Origin: Podarcis liolepis
Lineage: Eukaryota
Reading direction: 5' to 3' (one strand)
DNA length: 64,000 bases
NCBI GenBank assembly: GCA_965112155.1
Contig: OZ218100.1
Part shown: positions 1 through 10,289 of the stretch, piece by piece
Position numbering within the stretch: position 1 is the first letter of the stretch
How the letters are laid out: each line of letters begins with the position of its first letter
Notes under the pieces: model-generated
What the model was told of the DNA's origin: nothing
Database searches by the model: none
What the model saw: the letters and a program-made list of their open reading frames with translations, nothing else
Program-made: the position numbers and the translations under genes

Positions 1-86
1 ACTCACACCATAAATTCACCACAGTTTTACTTTGTGTATTGCAGTATTGTAACCTTGTTGGCTCCATGGTAATGCATGGGAGCATC

Positions 87-87
<1 letters not shown>

Positions 88-125
<38 letters not shown>

Positions 126-256
126 TTTATTATTTATACCCTGCCCATCTGGCTGGGTTTCCCCAGCCACTCTGGGCGGCTTCCAAAAGAATATTAAAAT
201 ACTGTGATGCATCAAACATTAAAAGCTTCCCTAAACAGGGCTGCCTTCAGATGTCT
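88..256 (-). mobile_element. L2-clade LINE, 5'-truncated 3' end with (TTA)n tail
   Basis: Reverse complement matches the 3' end of the longer copy at 15279-15846 (agacatctgaaggcagccctgtttagggaag...ggaagccgcccagagtggctggggaaacccagccagatggg). (TAA)n tail at 88-122. Confidence 0.9.
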
Positions 257-1474
257 AAACAGAACGTAACAGTTACTTCAATTACATTGTGTGTGGTGAT
301 CTTACATTATTCATTCTATATCACACAGTTATTTTAGTAAACTATTTTTTTACCAAAATGCTTTCAGGATCTATTTCACTGTGTCCCAAGGTGTGGTTTG
401 CAAAAGGGTTTCAAACGGTACATAGCAGAATTTTTAATTTTACTTTATCATAGTTTTCTTAGCTGCAGAAAACAATTTACAGATAAATTAGTATTATTAA
501 AACTACCCCCAATTTATCTTCGCCTGAGAAGGGCTATACCAGTAAGACTAAACTCTCAAAAGGGGTATGCGGTTATTTTTAAGTTTAGGAAACACTGATC
601 TATATTGTATTGACACTATCCTGAAAGGAAGAAAAAAATATAGTAGAGACTTGAATCAATGAGCGGTCCTTGTCTGCCATCCATACATCTGCTCCATTAG
701 TTGAAAAAGCATGAAATAAGTTTTAATCCTGAAAATCTCATTCCATATTTATTGGAGAACTGTTGTTTGCAATAGGCTGTTTGAATAATTCCAGTGTATT
801 GTGTTGTAGCTGCATTGTTGCGTACTGTAACTGTAGAATGGAGGGATTTAATTATTTTAAATACATTAATAAAGTAAATCACACACTAATGCTAGGTTGC
901 CTTTTCGTGCAGAGTTTTGTGCCTGGATGCAAATGCGTGCGTGAGTTATGTGCACAGTACTACTTGGAAAGCATGCAGGTCCATTTTATTTCATACTTTT
1001 TTTCTGTTGCATGGGAATAAGGCCTGATCCTTTCGCAATTGCTGGTCCTATGTTTCTGAAAGGGACCAAGCAACAAGCAATACAGGAGTGTGCTTCTCAC
1101 TACTGTTGGAATAGCACACGTATTTTGTATTTGTGTATCTAGGAGCGCAAAACAGTGCACGGAAACCACCAGGCATGCTCTCCATTTGCCCCAGCAAGGA
1201 TATGTAGATAAGTGCATGCCATCAGATTTTCGTTTCAGTTTACATATTTCACAGAATGCAGCTTGCCGGCAAAGATTTACCTTGAAATCTTGCAAAAAGC
1301 CTTGCCCTCACTGATGTGAGGATACGTTATTCTCAGCACCGTCTAATTTCACTTCCCAAGCACTAATTAAGTACATCGGAATCCGGAATAATCCCAAGTC
1401 AGTGGAAATCTATATAAAGGATGCATCAGTTTCCCAGGAAATTCCAGTGGAATATGGTTTTACTTGACAGATCC

Positions 1475-1870
1475 CAGAGTGGTAACCTTGTTAGTCTGTT
1501 GGAGGGAGGGAGAGAAACGCAAAGAGTTTCGCGGTGATTTAAGGACTTAAGAAATGCATTGTGGCTTGTGGCCCAAAGGACACTTCATCATTGTCAGGAG
1601 CTGCTGTGATCTGTGGACAGCTGCCCTGTGTGTTGTCACTGAACTACAGCTTCTCAGTGAAGCATGCTCAGGCCTTCTTAATATTATGAGCTCTGGCATA
1701 TTCCTGTTTGGCCCTGGCCTCTGGTTTGCTTCTCAACCGTGGCTCCTTGTTTGACCTTTGCTTCTGACTTACTTTTCTGTCCTCCTGACTACTGGCTTGT
1801 CCTATGGCTTCTGGTTCCTGGATCTTCCCACACTGCAGCCCACAGCCCAGCCGTGACAATCAGATATGTG
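1475..1870. mobile_element. Degenerate Penelope-like terminal repeat fragment, interrupted by a putative solo LTR
   Basis: cagagtggtaaccttgttagtctgtt...aaagagt...ttaaggact...cacttcatca[insert]gat resembles the reptile Penelope-like terminal repeat as I recall it. Related relics at 4616-4724 and 59829-59900. Confidence 0.45.
1592..1858. mobile_element. Putative degenerate solo LTR (267 bp)
   Basis: Begins TGTCA, ends TGACA. Flanked by ATCAT (1587-1591) and ATCAG (1859-1863), a 4/5 match to a 5-bp TSD. Removing it restores the host repeat. Confidence 0.55.
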
Positions 1871-1908
1871 AAATGGCCACCAAGTTGCTTTAAACCACTT
1901 TCATACTT

Positions 1909-2090
1909 AGGGACTGCATCTCAGTCACAGGGCAGGTGCTTTGCATGATGAAGGTTCTGTGTCACTAGCATCTCCAGGTAGGGCTGGCAGAGACTCCTGC
2001 CTGAAATCCCAAAGTGCTGCTGCCAGTCAGTGTAATCCGTACTGAGATGGATGAACCAGTGGTATGACTTGGCATAAACTTCCCATGTTC
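1909..2090 (+). mobile_element. tRNA-Ala(TGC)-headed SINE with CR1-type tail, degenerate
   Basis: ctttgcatg...aaggtt...gcatctcca head, then ggtagggctggcagagactcctgcctgaaa...ctgctgccagtcagtgta...ttcccatgttc. Same body as the copies at 17891, 32228, 37311 and 39983. Confidence 0.7.
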
Positions 2091-2326
2091 AGAATGGACA
2101 CCCTGTAGGTGTTTATTTACATGGTTGCTCTTTTCATCTGTAGCTGCTAGTTGTGAGTAGCTTTGTCCGTGATAACTAGATCTTTCATTCATTTCATTAT
2201 ACTGTACATTCTTATTTATTTATGCTCCGCTTAGGATTGTGAAACACTGCTGTCTCTTGGATTGCATGAACATTTGACCTTACTTTCTATAATAAAAAAG
2301 CTCCTTCCTCTCTGTATATATGATGC

Positions 2327-2480
2327 ACCTCTGTAGCACACCGGATAAGTGTGTCTGGCTGTTAACCAGAAGGTTAGTGGTTTGAGCCCACCCAGGGACA
2401 GCAATGAGCAGGATTCCTGCACTGCAGAGGGTTGGACTAGATGATCATTGAGGTTCCTTCCAACTCTATGATTCTCTGAT
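2327..2480 (+). mobile_element. SINE with tRNA-Asn(GTT) head (2327-2400) and CR1 3'UTR tail (2411-2480)
   Basis: Head aligns to vertebrate tRNA-Asn (ggctGTTaacc..aaggtt.gtggtt.gagcccacccagggac). Tail gattcctgcactgcagagggttggactagatgatc...ccttccaactctatgattct matches the CR1 3' end at 63862-63940. Confidence 0.85.
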
Positions 2481-2529
2481 GCTTAGATGGCCACTTCATA
2501 GGAAGCTGCCTTATACTGGCCTCATTCAC

Positions 2530-2780
2530 TTGTCATGCTAAGCCAAACCATGGCTTAGTGCAGATCCACAAGTGTGTGGGCTCCAGGAGAGATTATGGCT
2601 GTTTAGTTCCTCCTTAGTTGTTTTGCTTGCACTGCACTGAGTTAAGATGTGGCTTGACTTAGCATGTCATCTGAACCCAGGCTCAAGATTCAGCTGTCCT
2701 GAACAAACCATGAGCCATAAGCCACAGGACAAACCATGGTTACAGCTCATGGTTAGTCTGGAGTTCATGGTTAGTCCCTT
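2530..2780. repeat. Degenerate palindromic DNA-transposon-like (MITE) remnant
   Basis: Inverted segments catgctaagcca...tggcttgacttagcatg and repeated aaaccatgg/catggtt motifs. A similar relic lies at about 12868-12970. Confidence 0.35.
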
Positions 2781-4615
2781 ATCCTTTTCATGCCTGCATG
2801 TAAATTGACCACATTATTCAAGCATTATTTACATAGGATTCAGGTTGCTTGAACCCTACATCTCCACATGGATGGGCAGGCATAGAGGGAAGAGGAACTA
2901 CCATTCCTTATGATAGTTATCTGGATAGGCTGTTGTCCATTTCAGCCCAGATGTTAAGGCAGAGTTGTGGCTACCAAGTCTCATGCTTCTTGCTCCTCTT
3001 TCCCCCATAATATCTAGTGACATAAAATGTGTAATGTGACATGATAGAATTAAACATGTCTAGGCACAGTTCATGTGGTTGATTTCTCTGCAGGCAAAAA
3101 AAGAGAAAAGGATTGTGTACCCATGTACACACAGCATCTGCCCAGTCCCCAAAGTGGCTTTTCTTTATTAATAAAGAGGCTGTCAGGATTTCAATAAACA
3201 CACTTGCACATAACATTTAGCTAGGCCCTGAGACATCAAGCAAAGCCCAGGAGGTCTTCCCAAACATGCTTAACTAGGAGTAAGTCCCGCTGAACTCGGT
3301 GAACTTATTTCTGCATACTTATGTGTACATTCACACTGTACTTTGCAAGCTCATTTATGCCCAATTCAGTTTGTAGTTGTGGGCAATACTTTACCAGTGG
3401 CATTTATTGAACACTTCTGCGCTAGCATTTTATGATGCCACAGATAAAAGCTGGAAAATTGCTGAAGATAAGCACAACAGTAAAGAATAAGTTTCCAGCT
3501 TTGTCTGAGAAAAAAGTTGGCAGGTTGCTTACCTTTGATCTTAGGGTTTAATGAGTTCTAAGAGAAAGTGATGCACTCTGGGAAGAAGCTGGCCAGGGAT
3601 ATCTTGGGGCTGCTTTCATTATAGGGTGCTCTCTTGAAGGTCATCTTATGGTTCATTACAAAAGCTCGGGATTCTATATTTGCATTAAAGGATGGCTGAT
3701 CATACAAGAGAGAATACAAAGCCTTTTGATTAACACTGGTGATCAGATTTTTTTAAATTATTATTATTATAAAAAGATACCTTCTGGCTTACTCTCATAT
3801 CTCAGGTGGCTGACGTCGATGCATTTAGGAGAGCATTAATCGCCTAATTGCTATTAATATTCCTGTTTAAAGTAATCATACTATCATTTATATCAAATTA
3901 GAGCCATTCATTGCTGTCTGCCTGGAGATTAGTGGAAAATCTGCTGTTTGTTTGCAGAAATTCAATAGTTCACCTAGTCCAACTAGACTTAAAATCAAAG
4001 GACATTGCCCAGAAATCAAGGGAATGGAAACAAATTATTCCCAGAGCAGGAACATGTTAGTGTTTTCTGTGACATATTATCCTGTGCATAAGCTCTTAGA
4101 ACAATCTGTTTGAAACAGAAGTAAGTTTTATAGGTGCACAAATAAATTCCAGTCGCCCGGAGCCTGTCTCAGATTGGTGTGTGTGGTAGCATTGCACATC
4201 ATGTACTGGAAAAAAGAAGAGTGCATAGACAATGGAGAAGCAGGCAGAGCTCCAGGCTAACACTGTGGCGGCTTCATGTCTCTCTTGCATGGAACATGCC
4301 GATGTCAAAGCAAAATCAACTCAGAGCCCTGTGTGGACACACTAAATCACAGCACTTGCTCATGCTGTACATCTTTACTTCTATTTCCTCACCAGCCAAT
4401 GGTTAGTAGAATCTCAAATCTTTAGCATCTATGTGTTGAGTGCAAAGACCTGAAGGGGACTTCTGTGCACTGAGCATAAATGGAAGCCCGCATGGCAATG
4501 GAAACCGGAAGAAGGCTAATGTGTATTTTCAAATTCTGTATCTCAGTATCATTTTTTATTTCAATTCCACATCTTTTTCTTCATTCTCTACATCTCCTTA
4601 CCAACTAAGAATTTT

Positions 4616-4724
4616 CATCTGAGCAAGTGGACTCTAGTCCCTTAGACACTTTTGTTGCAGCGAATCGGTTAGGGCCCCTTAAGATGGGTGTTGTGCTCTT
4701 CTTCTTGCTGTTGTGTTTTGCAAC
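4616..4724. mobile_element. Penelope-like terminal repeat relic, opposite orientation to the 1475 copy
   Basis: catctgagcaagtggactctagtcc...ttagggccccttaagatg...gttttgcaaca is complementary to the 1475-1870 relic. Confidence 0.4.
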
Positions 4725-4794
4725 ATGTCATCATTCCACTTCAGTCGCTTTTCTGTGATGTCATCATTCCACTTCAGTCGCTTTTCTGTGATGT
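4725..4794. repeat. Perfect 33-bp tandem duplication
   Basis: atgtcatcattccacttcagtcgcttttctgtg at 4725-4757 and 4758-4790, plus atgt. Confidence 0.95.
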
Positions 4795-5011
4795 TTCCCT
4801 AATGTTATTGCATTATTATTTCTGTCCAGAAGGGCAGCAAGCCGCTGCCGCCAACCCAAACATTTGTGGTGTAAAAAAGTCACAGGATTTCAGCAGTAAA
4901 TTATTAGCCATGCACTGGCCGGAAGCAAAGCAGTATGACCTCCACAAAATGTTTGCAGGAGCAAAGAGTGTTGAAAGACTGGTTTTGTATAACTACCCCA
5001 ATGCCATCATC

Positions 5012-5238
5012 GGGGTATAGTGTAGTCATTAGAGTGTCAGACTACGACCTGGGAGACTAGGATTCAACTCCCCGCTGAAGTCCACTGGGCCATTCTTGGG
5101 TCAGTCATTACTTCCCAGCCTAACCTACCTCGAAGGGTTGTTGTGGATATTAAATGAGGACAGTGAGAACCATGTGTGCAACCTTGAGCTCCTTGGAGGA
5201 GGAGATGGACTATAAATGCAATTTAAAAAAAACAAATA
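5012..5238 (+). mobile_element. MIR/Ther1-related SINE (Squam3-like)
   Basis: tRNA-like head with A/B boxes (tagtgtagtcattagag...ggattcaactcccc), core cagcctaacctacctcgaagggttgttgtg, and L2-like tail ccttgagctccttggagga...tataaatg. Confidence 0.75.
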
Positions 5239-6276
5239 CATGAATCACAAGTGCAGATGATCATAAATGCAAAACAAAAATGACATCTAGGGGGGGGGGC
5301 TTAGTATTTGCAATGTCGCAAAGCTTTCTTCCTTTTTTAATTGCTGTAACAGAGGCAACCCACTGTGATTTTATTCCAGCCTTTTCACACAGTCATGTAT
5401 CTTGTGAACAGTACCCATCACACATAGCAACTGCTACAGGAACAAGCAGATATGGTAAATACCCATTGTCACCACAAGGGGCCTTGCCCAAAGGAAACAT
5501 TCACTGTGTGAAGCAAAGTCTGTTAATGAAATTTAAAAAGTAACCAGCAAATCGGCCCTTTTATGTATTAACTTTTTTAAAAGTGTGGTTGGGAGATAGT
5601 CAACTGTTGAGAAGTGTTTGATGACTTAGAGCATAAAACAGAGGCCGATCTGAAATACATGTGCACAAACTTGAATCAGTGCGATGAAGTGGAGCAAATT
5701 GAAATCAGGGCGGTGGTGGAGGCAGAATCCTGTACAGAAATCCTTTCAGCTGTGGAATAGACTCTCTAATGAGTGATGGAAACCCCTGCACTGGAGTATT
5801 TTAAAACCTTCACTGTGCAAAGCACTGGGGACCAAATCTGTACTGGTGGGTAGATGATGTAATAGGGTTTTTTTCTCCCCATCACTGTGATTCAATAAAC
5901 AATCAATCTTCAAAGGGCTAATCCCGTTACTCAGCAATTCCAGGTAAATAAGCCAAAGGCTGCATTCAGCAGGGACTGACACTCTGCATAGGAAGTATCA
6001 GGCTGCAGCTCCAAGTGCAGTATTTCCCCCTTGATTTCAGTTCATAAATTTGAAAACCTGAAGCTACTTGGTTTTTTAAGTAGTCACAACGCTGAGTCAC
6101 ACTTTATAATGCATTTGTATTTGCCATAAATACACGGGTGGCTGCTGCGATTGGCAAGTCTCAGGGGGAGATGAGTGGCTCCAATCAACAGTGCACATGT
6201 ACAGGGAGTTGTGATTGGATGCAGCTGCCTGTTGTATGCATAATGTATATTCACAGACACACGTTTCCCTTTCACA

Positions 6277-6460
6277 CAGAGCTTTCCAAACTTTTCATGT
6301 GGGTGACGCACTTTTCAGACATGCATCATTCTATGACACAGTAATTCAGTTTTACTAGCAACCCCGGGGGTTAAACTAACCCCTTTGCAGCCCTGGAAGC
6401 CTTCGCACAGCACACAGCCAACATGCTAACGTGTCACAACACACTGTTTGAAAAGCTCTG
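6277..6460. mobile_element. hAT-type MITE
   Basis: TIRs cagagctttccaaac / gtttgaaaagctctg. Flanks ctttcaca / ctttaggg are only a partial TSD. Confidence 0.6.
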
Positions 6461-7880
6461 CTTTAGGGTGTCAACTGATGCAAATATGTAGTCAATATAA
6501 CTGTTGCATAACGTGTGACTTGGCCTTCACAAAGATCCCCTTGAGCAGCAGGACTGCTTCAGAACTGTTTTGGGATCCTTGCTGACATCAGCTACATTCA
6601 TTTATAGTGATGATCCTTCCCTCATGCACAGCAATTTCCTTATTAATCTCCAGTTTCTTGGTATGCCATGATTTTCCCATTAATTCAGATGCAGCAAAAG
6701 TACAGTTTGCCTGCAAACCAGGATTAGACCTTGATGCAGATGGGAATTTTCATCCGGATGAAAGTCTGTGTTGCCAGCACAGTTAAAAGGCAGAGATGTG
6801 TCCACTGTATCACTGATTATGAGGATGATGGAAGACGTGATTATCAAGGTGGAAAGCAAAACATGAATTTGCAATGTATATTTTTTATGGCCATCTCTAG
6901 AATGTTTGATACTTTTTTTGCACAGTGAAAAAGCAAGAAAGAATCAAGTTGCAAAGCACATGAGAGAGTGCTTTGACGACACAACAATAATAGGGCATGG
7001 CTTCTTGTTAATTTGAACCTAAATTTAGTATTTAAAATCCAATAGCAGCACAAAGCAAACAGTTACATACAAAGGTCTCTCCCCCCCCCTTTTCTTTTTT
7101 TTAAAAAATCCTTCTCCTTCATTTTGGACATGATTATATTATCTCCAACTGCTTGCAAATCTTGTTATCCAAGTAATATATTTTGTACTGTCTGTTCCTG
7201 CGTAGGTCCTGGGGGACTGTGGAAAAATAACCATCATAGTGCCACTGCTGTAAGTAGACTGCAGCCAGATATGCCAGAAAAGAAAAGTCTGTTTCAATTG
7301 ATCTAGATCCTTTTCTATGAAGAAAATTAGGCTTGATTAAGACAGCTTCATTTTCTGTCTTGATCTTGAACATAGATTCTTCTCCTGTTGCAGTGTAGCA
7401 CCCATCCCTGACGCAGGGCAATGACTCAAAGAGCAACATCTTACATTAGATGTAGCTCCACTGGAAATAATCCACGGAGCAAATGCAAGAGTTTCATTTG
7501 TTTATTAGAGTAGCATTTACTACTTTAATAGCTGTGGACACTCTGCATGCTGTGATGGGGAGCTACTCATCAGCAAAGGGGTTGAAAATAAAACTGCCAA
7601 TACTAAAAGCCATTATGCAAATTTATTGCCTATTGCAGAGAAGGGCAGCCAAAATGATCGAGGGGATGGAGCAGCTCCCCTATGAGGAAAAGTTACAACT
7701 CTTAGGGGTTTTTTTTAGTTTGGGGGGGGGGAGACAAATAAGTTAGAGGAGTATAAAATTATTCATGGTGTGAGTAAAGTGGATAGAGAGAGGTTTTTCT
7801 CCCCCTCTTTTAAATCTAGAAAGCGGAACCATCCAATAAAACTTAATGTTAGAAGATTGAAGAAGGACAAAATTAAGCAC

Positions 7881-8402
7881 ATAGTATCATAGAATTGTAG
7901 GGGACGCGGGTGGCGCTGTGAGTTAAACTACAGAGCCTAGGAGTTGCCGATCAGAAGGTCGGTGGTTCGAATCCCCATGACGGGGTGAGCTCCCGTTGCT
8001 CGGTCCCTGCTCCTGCCAACCTAGCAGTTCGAAAGCACGTCAAAGTGCAAGTAGATAAATAGGTAGCGCTCCAGCGGGAAGGTAAACGGCGTTTCCGTGT
8101 GCTGCTCTGGTTCGCCAGAAGCGGCTGAGTCATGCTGGCCACATGACCCGGAAGCTGTACGCCGGCTCCCTCGGCCAATAAAGCGAGATGAGCGCCGCAA
8201 CCCCAGAGTCGGTCACGACAGGACCTAATGGTCAGGGGTACCTTTACCATTTTATCATAGAATTGTAGAGTTGGAAGGCACCCCCCAAGAGTAATCTAGT
8301 CCAACCCTCTGCAATGCAGGAATCTTTTGTCCAGTGGGAGGCTGAATACCACAAACAACCCTGAGATTAAGAGTCTCGTTGCTCTGCTGACTGAGCTATC
8401 CC
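7881..8402 (-). mobile_element. tRNA-Lys(CTT)-headed SINE with CR1 tail, split by a Sauria SINE
   Basis: Reverse complement gggatagctcagtcagcagagc..gagactCTTaatctcagggttg... followed by gattcctgcattgcagagggttggactagat...ccttccaactctacaattctatgat. Confidence 0.85.
7901..8252 (+). mobile_element. Sauria SINE (Squam1/POM type), full length
   Basis: gggacgcgggtggcgctgtg...ggttcgaatcccc...cctttacc tail. Perfect 16-bp TSD tatcatagaattgtag (7885-7900 / 8253-8268). Confidence 0.95.
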
Positions 8403-8754
8403 ACCTTCACACAGCTTATATTATTTTTATTTATTTATTTAAAAGTTTTAAAAGATGTTTGTAGGGTTTCAGCGGGAGCACCTGATGATAGGAAAACGTA
8501 AAAATGAATGAATGACTATGTGCATCTGCTGGCACCAGTACGCATCCATCCCTCTCAGTTGCTGCCAGTGTTAATGAACGGAGCAAAAGGCAGCCTCTCA
8601 TTAGAAGGTAGAGCAGATCTCAAAAGGCCCTCCGCTCTTACAGTCCTATAAGAATAAAGATTCGTCCCTGTGGGGGAAATCTCACTGAGGTTTCTCTGAG
8701 TTTTGTTTTCCTTCCAGAGTGCTTCATCGATTTCATGCTCTTATGAAATCTTCA

Positions 8755-8786
8755 TGTGCAGTATGAGGTATCTCTCATACTGCACA
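8755..8786. repeat. Perfect inverted repeat, 13-bp arms, 6-nt spacer
   Basis: tgtgcagtatgag-gtatct-ctcatactgcaca. Confidence 0.9.
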
Positions 8787-9058
8787 AACCTCATTATCTG
8801 TAAATGTCAGAATTATATTCATGTCAAAATGACATATCAGTGGTCCTTTTTTTAAAAAGAAAAATATTGTTAAAGAATAGGCGCTTTTTATCTTGGGAAG
8901 CTTGGGAAGAATTATAGACTTATTTGTGTACTTCTGTGATGAATATGTAGTTAGTACTACATTCCTACAACTGCTGTGGCTTCCTCCAGCAACTCCTGAG
9001 AATTGGAGCTTAGCAAATAACTTATAAACCGCCTTTTACATCGGTCTCAAGCTCATTT

Positions 9059-9383
9059 GCCCCAGCCACTCTGTGCAGCTTCCAACAAAATATCACATAA
9101 CAGAGTGAAACATCAGGCATTAAAAACTTCCCGATACAGGGCTGTCTACAGAAATTTGCATAATTGTTTATCTGCTTGACATCTGATAGGCAGGCATTCT
9201 ACAGGGCGGGTGCCACTACCAGGAAGGCCCTCTGCCTGGTTCTCTGTAACCTCACTTCTTGCAGTGAGGGAGCTGCCAGAAGGCCATCGGAGCTGGACCT
9301 CAGCGTCCTGGCTGAACGATTGAGATGGAGGCGCTCCTCCAGGTCTACAAGGCCGAGGCCATTTAGGGCTTTAAAGGACAACA
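9059..9383 (-). mobile_element. L2-clade LINE 3' fragment
   Basis: Minus-strand ORF FKALNGLGLVDLEERLHLNRSARTLRSS...RQRAFLVVAPAL is homologous to the 15279 copy. Confidence 0.9.
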
Positions 9384-9438
9384 TTCCTTGCCACTGAGAA
9401 CACCTGCACCTCCACTGACAGAACTGGATCTAGGAGCA

Positions 9439-9439
<1 letters not shown>

Positions 9440-9477
<38 letters not shown>
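9440..9477. repeat. (AC)n microsatellite
   Basis: Direct observation. Confidence 0.95.
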
Positions 9478-9479
<2 letters not shown>

Positions 9480-10100
9480 GCACCTGATCCTTTAGAGAGA
9501 GTGTCCCCATTGAGGGCTGGCAGCTTACCAGGCCCAGGAACCTCACATCAGGAAAATTCCCAAGTTTCATTCTAAAACCTGTTTAAGTCTGTAATGTAAA
9601 TATGTCCCAACAGACTGGAGCAGCCAGGCACTCTGTTCTCCTCTTTCACTGAAGGAATGGATCCTGACCTGTTGGTTAATGCCTGCAGGGTGGTGCGGTT
9701 CTCCATCATCACTGCAGCATATATGCTGGCGGAGCCTGAGACAAAACCAAAATGTGCACCAGGGATTGGCTCTGAACAAGAGAATACGTCATTTGACACA
9801 TGTAATTATCCTCTGTTGAAACAGCAATTGGCAAAGGTCTGCAGGGCGGTTTTGTTGTTCTGGTTTTTGCATTAACTTGGGTTTTTTTTAAAGAAAATTA
9901 TTATAAGGAATTTCTTTGCTTTGCATTTATAATTTCGCTTGCTTTTAAACGGAGATTCAGTGCATTCGGTAAGTGCTTGAGAAAATTGGCCTAACTTTGC
10001 TGTTGCTTCTGTAAGTGCCTCTCTGCTGCTACATCCTTGGCTGAAAAAATCACCACCATCTTTAATACTTCTTTAACTCCCTCCAGCATTTACTGAGTGC

Positions 10101-10132
10101 GCTGCAGGAGTCACTAATATGACTCCTGCAGC
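10101..10132. repeat. Perfect inverted repeat, 13-bp arms, 6-nt spacer
   Basis: gctgcaggagtca-ctaata-tgactcctgcagc. Confidence 0.9.
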
Positions 10133-10289
10133 ACAAATGTGCTACATGGTGCCTTGCTTATGTTATTGAGGCCTGAGCATGGGCAACAGCTGAAATGTTT
10201 TCCTAGAAACATGTAGCAAGCATATTAAGCCTCGTTGCATATATTTTATTTACCGGCTTTTAGTAGCCACCCTCACCAAAACCGTATTA

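Larger units (their letters stand above)
7634..8415 (+). mobile_element. CR1 LINE ORF2 fragment (7634-7880, resuming at about 8403-8415), interrupted by two nested SINEs
   Basis: Translates QRRAAKMIEGMEQLPYEEKLQLLG, a typical CR1 RT C-terminal motif. aggacaaaattaagcac|...|cttcacacagc continues across the insertion. Confidence 0.8.

Noticed and set aside
3526-3570. 25-nt minus-strand micro-exon (ctttctcttag...aag|gtaagc)
   Set aside because: Splice-like motifs of this strength are expected by chance, the length is not a multiple of three, and there are no partner exons.
7951-8250. Recurrent ORF family ...STCTLTCFRTARLAGAG...GFEPPTF (also 11025, 50572, 56700)
   Set aside because: It is the antisense reading of Sauria SINE copies, not a gene family.
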